From NCBI GenBank assembly GCA_964408285.1, contig CAYOYV010000010.1:1813-64841 (forward strand): a stretch of 63,029 bases of DNA, in the 5' to 3' direction. Numbering within the stretch: the stretch's first letter is position 1; every line of letters begins with the position of its first letter. Positions 20,325 to 29,593 of this stretch are shown here, piece after piece. The stretch is from an uncultured Nitrososphaerota archaeon (GTDB lineage Archaea > Thermoproteota > EX4484-205 > JAAOZO01). The position numbers and the translations under genes were made by a program. Under the pieces are notes generated by a model. It saw only the letters and a list, made by a program, of their open reading frames with translations. It was not told the DNA's origin and made no database searches.

Positions 20325-20353
20325 GCCGACCAGACCCTGAATTGTTTTCTCTT

Positions 20354-20686
20354 CTACTCGCCAGCTTCTTTTTCTTTCACTTCGATTTCTCTTTGCGCGC
20401 GGGAGCCCAGGACGACCTTGGCCAATTCCATTGGAGATGCGAACTGCTCTTGAGTGATCCTCTGGGCCTGTTCCTTGTCTATGCCTGAGGCTATCAGCTC
20501 CTTGTAGAACGTTGCAATTGCCTTAGCCTTGTCCTTTGCCTGTTCTTCTGTCACGGTGAAGGCCATCAATTCCTTTATCAGAGGTAGAATATCCTTGAGC
20601 AGTCCCGGAATTTCCTCTCGCACTGTCCTGAGCACTCCCCTCAATTCCTCAACGTCTGAACTCTCCACTTCCTTCTTTTCACTCAT
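20354..20686 (-). CDS. Small acidic helical hypothetical protein
   Basis: KAIATFYKELIASGIDKEQAQRITQEQFASP; first gene of a three-gene operon. Confidence 0.8.
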   Translation of the reverse strand: MSEKKEVESSDVEELRGVLRTVREEIPGLLKDILPLIKELMAFTVTEEQAKDKAKAIATFYKELIASGIDKEQAQRITQEQFASPMELAKVVLGSRAQREIEVKEKEAGE

Positions 20687-20703
20687 CCATAGTTCACCGT
20701 TGA

Positions 20704-20732
20704 TAGGAATTGGTCAATCATATTTAGGAATT
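20704..20732 (-). promoter_or_regulatory. Direct repeat AATTCCTA x2 (21 bp spacing) around a TATA-like element; putative operator
   Basis: Plus-strand TAGGAATT at 20704-11 and 20725-32. Minus-strand CCTAAATA overlaps the upstream copy. Confidence 0.45.
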
Positions 20733-20758
20733 ATGCGAAAAAGTAATCAGAAAATTGC

Positions 20759-21553
20759 TCAAGATGGCAAAACGGGCGCCGAACTGCAATAGAGGGAATC
20801 ATAGCCTGACCCATCGCTCATCCCCCTTTCAAAATGTGTCGCTTCATCGGCTTTCGCCTCATGGATCAGCCTCAAAGCGGATGCGCGCCATAATATGTCC
20901 TCAACCGACAACCCCTCTATCTCGAGATAGTTCAGCGGGAGAGCAATACGCCTCGTTGAAAGAACTAGAGTATTCGGGCACTTCATGACCCTCAGAGGGT
21001 CAATAGTGGCGTGATAGTGCCAGGCATCGAGTATCTCGGGGATATCCCCTGCAAGTACACCAGCATACCTGATCTTCGAATGTGCTATGCTTCTTATTGG
21101 ATCGGCCGCATCGAACATTGCCCAATCCCTCATCTCCCAGTCAAGTATCCAAATATGGAAGCCCTTGTTCCCGGAATAGACAGTCAAGACCCGTTCGTAG
21201 TTTTGCTTGACGCGATCTAGAACTGTCAGGGCGAGATACTTGCAACAACGAAGACATGTCAGGCATGCCCTTCCATGGTGTTCATGTTGACGCAGCCAAG
21301 GCCCCACCATCCTAGAGTCGATGTCGACGACGAAGTCCGAGGCGACAGGATAGGCGAATCTTGAGTGAATTCTGTCTCCAACTCGTTCCGGGAATGTCCA
21401 TCTAGTGACAGATATATATACTGATTCTGGAATCAGGGCAACTAGAGCTTTCCGAAGGCCACGAAGGTGAGTCCTTCCTCTATTGAGCTTCACCCACGAC
21501 TTCTTTGGAAGAAGTTTCGCCCTGAAATGCCTCTGGGTCTCATGTGCCCTCAT
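20759..21553 (-). CDS. Archaeo-eukaryotic primase (PriS-like) catalytic domain protein
   Basis: Motif I DFVVDID, Zn-knuckle-like HEHHGRACLTC, motif II YSGNKGFH, motif III IDPLRVMKCPNTL. Start uncertain (ORF extends to 21733). Confidence 0.85.
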   Translation of the reverse strand: MRAHETQRHFRAKLLPKKSWVKLNRGRTHLRGLRKALVALIPESVYISVTRWTFPERVGDRIHSRFAYPVASDFVVDIDSRMVGPWLRQHEHHGRACLTCLRCCKYLALTVLDRVKQNYERVLTVYSGNKGFHIWILDWEMRDWAMFDAADPIRSIAHSKIRYAGVLAGDIPEILDAWHYHATIDPLRVMKCPNTLVLSTRRIALPLNYLEIEGLSVEDILWRASALRLIHEAKADEATHFERGMSDGSGYDSLYCSSAPVLPS

Positions 21554-21686
21554 TTCCCCAGGTAGTTCAAGTCTGGCGGAGGAATAGAATAGCTTGGACA
21601 GTGGGAACAACTTCCACGAACATGGCTTTGCAGGTGGATTTAGGCAGAGACAATGAGAATGATCGGAGAGACACGGGCCTCTGAAA

Positions 21687-22280
21687 GTGAAAGCAGATCC
21701 AGCGAATATCCTGAGCGACCCATGCAAGATCAAGGACCAGAAGGATTTCTGGTTGCCAACAATCCTCTTGCCGACAGGGACTGTTCGGTGCTTTACATTG
21801 CCATCCCTTAAGTCAATGGTTCGTCAGGGAATTCCGGTCATAGTTCTACAGAAGGCTTCCAAGTCGAACCCTTATGGACATTACAAGGTAGTTGTAGGAT
21901 GTGACGAACAGTTAGGGCAATTGAGAACGTATGACCCGGCTCTGGGCATGAATTACGGCATAACCTACGGACTGTTTGCTGATCTCTGGCTCCCGGGGTC
22001 AACTTTCTCTGCTGTGAATTGGAGCTTGGTGATCAGAGGCGAAACCGATGAGACAGTAATCCTAACGGGAAGGTTGCAGCCACTGATACACCAATACAAC
22101 AGTTCCCTCTCCTCATGTAGCTCAGAGCTCAATAGGACACGCTTGACATTGGGGGAGATTACGTTGCAGAGGAATACCTTTGCAGTTCTATCGGCTTGCA
22201 TCCCCCCATTGATCTTGATGCATTCTCACTGGCGAGGCCGGAGAAATGTGGGCCAACCAGAAGACCAGATAGACGCATAG
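21687..22280 (+). pseudogene. Papain-fold C39-like peptidase, N-terminally truncated, with coiled coil and C-terminal membrane anchor
   Basis: LKSMVRQGIPVIV..YGHYKVVVG.D....YDPALG supplies the His/Asp half. No catalytic-Cys motif (Q..CGP) was found upstream. Confidence 0.6.
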
Positions 22281-22461
22281 CTGATGCCATGGGACTTAGC
22301 CCGCGCCGACGCCAGGCTGCAAGCTAGGCTCCACGCGCGCCAGAACGTTCAATATAGGCAGCGGTCTCTCGGGATCTGTACACCTGACCGGCGGTCCACC
22401 TCAGCAGCCCTAAGGTTTGAAGCCCATCATCTTGAGGCCACGATGTCTTTGAGGATAGATG

Positions 22462-24720
22462 TCAGAAGCTGACACTACCCTCCCACGAATCCCACTTTGT
22501 CTTGAGCTCGTAGTCCCAGCTTTCGGTGGGGGTCCTGAAAGCCCCGGTTCGGACCATATCAGGCCTGTGGCTTAGATCGTAGATCGAAGGTTTCTCCGAA
22601 TCAAAGACTTCCTTTCCCTTATAGTATAGCTTCATCCCATCAATGAATGCGAATTCCAGGAGATCGCCAGAGAATCTCGTGTATACGTATGCCGCATCGC
22701 TGATTATTCCTCCATATCTGATTTTCCCTGCCTCATACGTGTAGGTCGGCCTGGCGTTTGGTCTAACCAAACCAAGGGATAGGTCATGCTTCGCACATAT
22801 GGATGCTGACGCGCCAAGATGATTCAATCGGATCGCGGTCGCCCGGGGATATTGGTCTGTTTGCAGCACCTCAATTCCATCGATGAACTCCTCAATCCGT
22901 TCTAGATCGTTGTGGGGAAAAAGGAGGGTCGTGAAGGAAATGAAGTCTCCTGGTTTGAAGGTCCTCGAACTGGATTGGTGCATGCATTTCTCCGGCAGGT
23001 AACAACGCATAGCCTCACTGGTGCCTATTGTCTTGTCAGCGTCAGGACTGAAGTATATCAGGAGCCTCTGCCCCTTTCTATTGGTGTAAGCGTAGCGTTT
23101 CCGTTCCTCAACGGCTATCCTTGGATTCCCCATGGCCCCGACAAGTCCAATGAGGTCCAACGAAGTATCGAAGTAATTTTCTTCTGAAACATGGATCTGT
23201 CGAGTCCAGAAGAGATTGCCGATCGTGAGCTCTCCGCTCCCAAGAATCCTCAAGCCATCTTGCACTACGAAGCAGTCAAGCCGCTTAAGGTAGGTAATGA
23301 TTCGATCCCAATGATAGCCATTCCTCTCGTCTATGACCTCGGTTCTGCTCACATCGATATCCTTGAAGACTTTGAAGTGGATCTTCCTCGTCTTCACCGG
23401 TTGATAGGCGCCAAGGTTATGCATGAAATCGAACAAGGTCTGTTTCTTCGGCTTTCCTTTGCGCACTACTATCCGGTTGTGATACACATCTGAACGATAT
23501 GCTCCATTTGGCAATGCCTCCCTGTAACCACCATCATGAAGCAAGAACGAACCATTCTTGATTAATGTAGCTATCGAATTCTCATCTGCGTGTCCATGAT
23601 GCATTTTCTCCGCGGTCACGACGATTGTGTTCCTAAGATGCTCCTTGTAATACCATCCAATGTCCCCCTCGTCCATGTAGTTGAGCAGCAAATAGGTAGC
23701 ATCTCCCTCCCAACCGTTTCGAAAGACTATCTTCTTCCCGATGACCTCATCCACTACCTCAGCGCTGATGGCGTCCGGAACTCTTGATTCGACCTTATCG
23801 TCCGCCCAGAGATATGCAAAGATGCTGTAGATTCCGAATTTCCCCTCTTGACGAGCCTGTCTGAATATCCGATCCGCGACATATTTCATGTATGGGTTTT
23901 GATAGACTGTTGCCCCCTTCTCCATCAAAATCATGCACAAGTCCCAAGCAGATCCCCAATTGGAGTCTCCGTAATCAGGGACCATACCCAAAGGACAGAA
24001 TAGGTTCGTGAAATAGTCGAAGTAGTACTTCATCATTGGCGACTCGAAGATGGTGGGGTCGCCCGCGAAATCGAGATATATCATCAGATCTGCCAGCCAG
24101 ATCAGACAATACATTGATGCATCTTCCAAGGACCAATGGCGAAGGCTGCTGTCGATCATGAGCTTACCGAGGCTTGACCATGTCGGGGCCCTAGCGTGGT
24201 CTGGGAACAGCTGAGCTGCATAGGCCAATGAAAGTCCGCTTTTTGCCGCACGGTTGTGAGCCCCCCATTCGGGGAACTGAAAGTAGGACTCAGCGGTGTT
24301 CGCTATTATGGTTTTGAGAATCTCCCTATCTTTGCGTCGCATTTGACGGCTATCCTTGATGAACTCATATGCCCTGAGAAAAAGACTCATACCGCCAAAG
24401 GTTGGTGTCACGGGATAGATTCCCTTGGAATATCTCTGCGACCGCTTGAGAGAATCCGGGGCTTCATTCGGGAATTCGGCGTAAGATAGCAGGGCTTCCT
24501 TGGCACGATGCGCGTGCTTCTCATCCTTGGTCGCATGGAAAAGTAAACCTTCGACCAATGCGGCATACAGCGGAGGCCCCGGAGCAGCATATTCGTTTGA
24601 GGATTCTAGATGCCTTCTCCAGTCTTCCAAGATCATGTCGTAGCTTTTTTGAGTTCTGTTCCACCATTCGACAATGTAATCCAGATATTCCTTCTTGGTG
24701 GTCAAGGTATTCCTCATCAT
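22462..24720 (-). CDS. Heparinase II/III-like (alpha/alpha toroid plus beta-sandwich) putative oligosaccharide lyase
   Basis: 752 aa; HNRA, E..SMY, PDYGDS, FRNGW, HHGHADENS..L, DGGY and HNRI motifs. No signal peptide. Confidence 0.65.
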   Translation of the reverse strand: MMRNTLTTKKEYLDYIVEWWNRTQKSYDMILEDWRRHLESSNEYAAPGPPLYAALVEGLLFHATKDEKHAHRAKEALLSYAEFPNEAPDSLKRSQRYSKGIYPVTPTFGGMSLFLRAYEFIKDSRQMRRKDREILKTIIANTAESYFQFPEWGAHNRAAKSGLSLAYAAQLFPDHARAPTWSSLGKLMIDSSLRHWSLEDASMYCLIWLADLMIYLDFAGDPTIFESPMMKYYFDYFTNLFCPLGMVPDYGDSNWGSAWDLCMILMEKGATVYQNPYMKYVADRIFRQARQEGKFGIYSIFAYLWADDKVESRVPDAISAEVVDEVIGKKIVFRNGWEGDATYLLLNYMDEGDIGWYYKEHLRNTIVVTAEKMHHGHADENSIATLIKNGSFLLHDGGYREALPNGAYRSDVYHNRIVVRKGKPKKQTLFDFMHNLGAYQPVKTRKIHFKVFKDIDVSRTEVIDERNGYHWDRIITYLKRLDCFVVQDGLRILGSGELTIGNLFWTRQIHVSEENYFDTSLDLIGLVGAMGNPRIAVEERKRYAYTNRKGQRLLIYFSPDADKTIGTSEAMRCYLPEKCMHQSSSRTFKPGDFISFTTLLFPHNDLERIEEFIDGIEVLQTDQYPRATAIRLNHLGASASICAKHDLSLGLVRPNARPTYTYEAGKIRYGGIISDAAYVYTRFSGDLLEFAFIDGMKLYYKGKEVFDSEKPSIYDLSHRPDMVRTGAFRTPTESWDYELKTKWDSWEGSVSF

Positions 24721-24913
24721 TAGGCCCGGTCACTTATACCTTAACGTTTCGGCGTGCGGTCCAAGCTTCTGATGCATATGACAAACAGAAGATGTCTCAC
24801 TGTGGCAAATCGAGGTGATCCAATCACCCATCTGGAGAGCCAAGCTTCGTTTCACTCTTTGATTCACTCTTATCTACTACGATTGGCGTCAAAAGCCCCG
24901 AGGAGAAGCTGAG

Positions 24914-25315
24914 TTGATCAGGACAGTCTGGAGCGTCACTTTCCTCGTTTCTGACATGAACAGGAGCAAGAGATTCTACGAGAAGACGTTAGGGATGGAA
25001 AAGAAGTATGAATATTCGACCTATGTTGGCTTTGAATGCGGCGGAGTGGAAATCGGCCTTTCCTCAAGGGGAAAGGCTGTTACTGAACCCAATCCGATGT
25101 CTCCCCGTGTTGAGCTTCTAGTCGACGATGTAGGAGAGTTCTATAGAGAGCTAAGGAAAAAGGGGGTCAAGTTCAAGAAGAAACTTCATAATGAGCAATG
25201 GGGCGGGAAGGAAGCGACTCTTCTGGACCCAGACGGCAATGCTCTTTCAATAGTGCAGATAGACTGGGAAAAATACTATCAAGTGTCAAAGGAAGGAGCG
25301 AGGAAGAGGAACTGA
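24914..25315 (+). CDS. VOC/glyoxalase family protein
   Basis: VSDMNRSKRFYEKTLG...VDDV...WGG....DPDGN. Confidence 0.9.
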   Translation: MIRTVWSVTFLVSDMNRSKRFYEKTLGMEKKYEYSTYVGFECGGVEIGLSSRGKAVTEPNPMSPRVELLVDDVGEFYRELRKKGVKFKKKLHNEQWGGKEATLLDPDGNALSIVQIDWEKYYQVSKEGARKRN

Positions 25316-25448
25316 AAGGTATAGTGTTCGAGACTTCACATGTCTTGCTAGGCACACATTTGCCGATTTCTTAGAGATCTCCCAGCCCAAATCCGAATTC
25401 AGCCCATCCTTTTATGTGGCGCTACTTGAACAACGCCGAAAAGCTCTG

Positions 25449-25595
25449 ATGGACTGGAGAGGCCTCTTATGTAGGATGGGGATCCATGACTGGAGCGAGG
25501 TCAGATTCACCTACCTCTATGGATCCAATGTGAGGGAGTGCGCCAAGTATTGCAGGAGGTGCCACAAATCCACGAACTGGACTGAGGCAGTCTGA
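25449..25595 (+). CDS. 48-aa Cys/His microprotein (putative zinc finger)
   Basis: Manual translation: MDWRGLLCRMGIHDWSEVRFTYLYGSNVRECAKYCRRCHKSTNWTEAV*. Below the ORF-track cutoff. Confidence 0.65.
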   Translation: MDWRGLLCRMGIHDWSEVRFTYLYGSNVRECAKYCRRCHKSTNWTEAV

Positions 25596-25818
25596 CGCGG
25601 CACATGTTTCGACGGCCCAGGGCATGAGGCACACGATACAATATCAGTTCGACGGATGGCCTCTAGTTTCGGCAATGAACGTCTTTCCGGATTCTGCCAG
25701 CGTTGGATATCGAACAATTAATCATACTGCGAAAATCACGAAGATCATTACAGCATGTCGCGGTGTAGCCTCAGGACCACTCTATTTTCCGGACTTCTTC
25801 CTCTTTGCAGGAGAGACC

Positions 25819-26730
25819 TCACTTAGGAATGAGGGCTCCAAGTCTCTCCGTTATGTCATTTGGTTCATGGGTTAGTTGTCCGACATCAAAGATGCTCCAA
25901 TATTCTGCATGTTCTATGCTTCCTGAGGGTTCTATGACCTTCAACGGGCCTATTGTTTCCAGTTCCAACATGTCCGCGTTGGTGTAGACCTCAACATTGC
26001 ATCCGAAATCGGGATATTCGCCTTCTTCGACTAGGAACTGCTTGACGAACGCGATCCCATCAACATGGTAAGCAACCCATGTCGGCCTTGACATCGCTCC
26101 TATCTTGAACGGATCCTTGACGGACGGATCCTGATCTACAAGGATGTATTGGTCGGCCAATCTCAATCTCCGATCTGAGAGGTCGTCATAAGGCCAGATG
26201 GAAAAATGCCTGTCCGGCAGCAAACCTCTTCCTTCGTCCTTCGAGGACTCAACTGGAATGATGGCGAAGCCATTCTGCCTCATGACAGATAACGCCCAGC
26301 ATGCCAGCCGAACGGGCCATCTTCCTATGTTCCTTATTGTGTGAATGACCTGGATGCGACCCTGCGAAAATGCCCTGATCCTAATCTCTTTCTGGATGGA
26401 ATTCTCTACCTCAGGATTACCGATGATGGAAATGGCTCCTCGTACCATCTCCAGCCCAATCGGCTTGTCATCTGGCGAATACGACCTAGGCATAGCCTCC
26501 GGGGAACTCCACAGCCTATGTCCTCCAAAGGTCCTCCAGAAGCCCTGTGAAGTCTGAACTCCTGAATTTGGTAGAATTCCGAATAGATTGAACCCTGCTC
26601 TCTTTCTACCTGCAAGATAGAGGATCCTGGGCCCAATGTCCGAGGGAATCCCTACCGAAATATCTCCTATGGACACAATCTTCATCTTGAATCCCTGGAG
26701 TTCCTTTTCCTCGATCTCCAAGCCTTCCAC
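25819..26730 (-). CDS. Hypothetical protein (DUF4380 / aldose epimerase-like beta-sandwich)
   Basis: GPRI, GGHRLW.SPE, YPDFGCNVEVYT, MLELET.GP. Confidence 0.7.
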   Translation of the reverse strand: MEGLEIEEKELQGFKMKIVSIGDISVGIPSDIGPRILYLAGRKRAGFNLFGILPNSGVQTSQGFWRTFGGHRLWSSPEAMPRSYSPDDKPIGLEMVRGAISIIGNPEVENSIQKEIRIRAFSQGRIQVIHTIRNIGRWPVRLACWALSVMRQNGFAIIPVESSKDEGRGLLPDRHFSIWPYDDLSDRRLRLADQYILVDQDPSVKDPFKIGAMSRPTWVAYHVDGIAFVKQFLVEEGEYPDFGCNVEVYTNADMLELETIGPLKVIEPSGSIEHAEYWSIFDVGQLTHEPNDITERLGALIPK

Positions 26731-26849
26731 CTGTGGAGTAAACCAGCTGTACAGAATATAGAGGTATGCCCGTCAAAATGGACTTATGGCGCACATGTAT
26801 CAGTTCAATCAAAGAACGATTTCATCATTCTTCGCTTGGGGGAAAACGA

Positions 26850-27329
26850 TCACCTTCGCTGTTGACATACTCGTGAATCAGTGGAATCGTGTTTCATAAG
26901 ATCCGCTGCGATTCTCACAGCGCCTTCCACATATCTCATGCATTTCCTTTCCTTTACCCCTAATTCTCCATATTTCCTCCTTCCCTCTTGAGTGGATATA
27001 TCACACTGAATCAGCGCACGGCATGAAATATGTCCAAATTCCTTCTTGAATCTGTCGAAACACTCCGAGGTTCTTGCGATGCAGAGCTTGTATTCACTTT
27101 GATCACCAACCTTGTCCCTGCCGTACTCGATTCCAAGGGACATCACGGCACCAACAAGTGCTCCACATACCGAGCCCCTTCTTCCAATCCCGCCTGCAAA
27201 GGGAGTGGCAATCCTCGGAATGATTTCGCTGCTTATGCCATTGGCCTCGGCTAGGCCCATAAGAACAGACTCAGAACAAGCATATCCTTCCCTGAAGTGA
27301 GAAATCGCTATATTGATAGGATTCCGCAA
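26850..27329 (-). CDS. C-GCAxxG-C-C family putative redox protein
   Basis: YACSESV, FAGGIG..GSVCGALVG, SCRAL, KCMRYV. Confidence 0.88.
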   Translation of the reverse strand: MRNPINIAISHFREGYACSESVLMGLAEANGISSEIIPRIATPFAGGIGRRGSVCGALVGAVMSLGIEYGRDKVGDQSEYKLCIARTSECFDRFKKEFGHISCRALIQCDISTQEGRRKYGELGVKERKCMRYVEGAVRIAADLMKHDSTDSRVCQQRR

Positions 27330-27460
27330 TTAGATCTGAGAGCTACTTCTGAATACAAATATTAAAGGATGTCCTTGACCACCAGTTGGGTTTGCGTGAA
27401 GTAGTCGATTACAGGGATCTCGGCAATCTATAAAAACGTTCCAGCGCTCTCACTGACTTC

Positions 27461-28525
27461 ATGAAAGCGAAGACCAGGATCGGCATAATAGGCTGCGGCG
27501 GAATTGCAAGGGCAACTCATATCCCAAATTACAGGAAGATCCCTGGCGTTGAGATAGTTGCCTGTGCCGATATAAAGGAGGACGCCGCAAGGAAAACGGC
27601 CAAGGAATTCGAGATCAAGAGCTACTACACTGATTACGAAGAACTGCTGGAAAAAGAAACAATGGACGGCGTCAGCGTATGCACTCCGAACGTCCTCCAC
27701 AAGGGGCCTGCAATATCCTCAATGAAGCACGGATTTCATGTTCTCGTTGAGAAGCCCATGGCCGGGAATCTGAGAGATGCAAAGGCGATGTACTATGCCT
27801 CAAGGAAGTATGAACGAATGCTCATTGTCGGCTTTCAAACGAGATTCAGTCCAGATATAGCCGCCTTGAAGCACATAGTCGAATCGCGTGAGTTGGGGGA
27901 GATCTACTACACCCGGGCGATTCATTTGAGAAGATGGGGGATTCCTGCGAGCCCCACTTTCCTTGATAAGGCCTTGTCAGGAGGAGGGCCCTTACTCGAC
28001 ATAGGGTGCTATTCGATCGATTCCGTCATGCATGTACTGGGATATCCGAGGCCGAAGTCAGTACTCGGTGTAACCTATACCAAGTTCGGCAAGAATAGAG
28101 AGCTGGCTAGAAAGGGAAGCTGGGGCGGACCTTGGAAAGTCGATGACTTCGGGGTGGAGGACAATGCCTTCGCCTTTGTAAGATATGGGGATGGATCGAG
28201 CATGTCATTCGAGGTGAACTGGGCTTCTTTCGTCAAGGAGGAAGGGCTGAATCTAACCTTCTTCGGCACAAAGGGGGGCGCCCAATTGAGACCTCTCGAA
28301 ATGTACAAGGATATCGCAGGTGCTAGGGTAAGGATCACTCCCCAAGATGAATTCCCGAAAGTAGATATCTATGAGAAGAGAATTTCAGCTTTCGTGGAGT
28401 CCATAAGGAAAGGCAAAGCCCTCCTGTGTCCTGCAATAGAAGGACTGAAGGATCAGGCAATCTTGGAGGCCATATACCGATCATCAGAGCTAGGACGCGA
28501 GGTTCGAATCGAGTGGGACTTTTGA
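27461..28525 (+). CDS. Gfo/Idh/MocA oxidoreductase
   Basis: GCGGIA, VEKPMA, GGGPLLDIGCYSID. Confidence 0.93.
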   Translation: MKAKTRIGIIGCGGIARATHIPNYRKIPGVEIVACADIKEDAARKTAKEFEIKSYYTDYEELLEKETMDGVSVCTPNVLHKGPAISSMKHGFHVLVEKPMAGNLRDAKAMYYASRKYERMLIVGFQTRFSPDIAALKHIVESRELGEIYYTRAIHLRRWGIPASPTFLDKALSGGGPLLDIGCYSIDSVMHVLGYPRPKSVLGVTYTKFGKNRELARKGSWGGPWKVDDFGVEDNAFAFVRYGDGSSMSFEVNWASFVKEEGLNLTFFGTKGGAQLRPLEMYKDIAGARVRITPQDEFPKVDIYEKRISAFVESIRKGKALLCPAIEGLKDQAILEAIYRSSELGREVRIEWDF

Positions 28526-28611
28526 AGAGCTTGACACATGTTTCAGGACTAGACGAAGCGGTTTCTCAATTGCACATCTGCATCAACACCGCATGTGCCT
28601 TCTCCTCGCTG

Positions 28612-29436
28612 CTATGGCACGAATTGCTCAAGAAACTTCCTAGCCAGAATAAGCCCTTCCTCATACTTGAAGAAAGGATCTTCGTGTTCTATGCTTAGAG
28701 CATTGTCGTAATTGTGCTTTTTCAGGACGGAGATGAAGTCTGCCCATCTAAGATCCCCAAATCCGGGAAGTCTAAACGGACACCAACCCCCGCTTCTTAT
28801 GCCATTTCTCTTTACCTTCCCCCAAAGGATCTGGGTGTCCTTCATGTGTGTATGATGAATCCTGCTTCCGAATTCATCTGCGATCGAAATTGGATCTATC
28901 ATCTGACAGATCAAGTGGCTGGGATCAAACTCAAGGCCGAAATTCCTGGAAGGTAGGACTTCAAACATCCTTTCCCAGATGTCTGGTCTATACGCTATGT
29001 TCCCTGCGCAATTCTCTATTGCTATCTTTATGTTTCTGTCCTCTGCCTTATGCACTATTTCTGGCCACACTTGTGCTATCTCTCTGATGTTCTCATCGAC
29101 TTTTTCAGAGTACATGCCGACCCAACCTGTCACAACCATTATGTCCAATCTGTAGGCCACATCTATGAGATCTATGAAGAATTTCCGGTGCTGTTCTCTC
29201 GTTCTTGAATCAGGACTTATGGGATTCCCATAGAATCCAACTCCTGAGACGATTACGGCTGAATCCTTCAGTATGTCCTTCGTGGGCTTTGGGTTGCTAA
29301 GGATGGAATCAACGTCGAAGAACGCGTTGCCAGGACTGGTTGCAACCGAGATAGACTTGAACTGCTTCTCCTGGGCCCACCTGAGAGACTTCTGCAGATC
29401 GCCCAATTGCCCTCCTGTAAGGAAACCGACGAACAT
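28612..29436 (-). CDS. Sugar phosphate isomerase/epimerase TIM barrel (AP-endonuclease-2 fold), possible 3-keto-glycoside eliminase
   Basis: IAIENC, GLEFDPSHL, HTHMKD, FRLPGFG, SIEHED. Start trimmed from 29514. Confidence 0.85.
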   Translation of the reverse strand: MFVGFLTGGQLGDLQKSLRWAQEKQFKSISVATSPGNAFFDVDSILSNPKPTKDILKDSAVIVSGVGFYGNPISPDSRTREQHRKFFIDLIDVAYRLDIMVVTGWVGMYSEKVDENIREIAQVWPEIVHKAEDRNIKIAIENCAGNIAYRPDIWERMFEVLPSRNFGLEFDPSHLICQMIDPISIADEFGSRIHHTHMKDTQILWGKVKRNGIRSGGWCPFRLPGFGDLRWADFISVLKKHNYDNALSIEHEDPFFKYEEGLILARKFLEQFVP

Positions 29437-29593
29437 CGATCTCACCCCACTTCGTTCTCTCGGGAATTCTATTAGATATAAGAGTTTGACCACGCCTGCC
29501 CGCGCGCAGAGCACCTTCGCGCTCTGCCCGCCTCATGCTCAAGCACTGATGCCCATGAGAGCCGGATTCCGGCAATTGAAGAGGGGAGGAATA

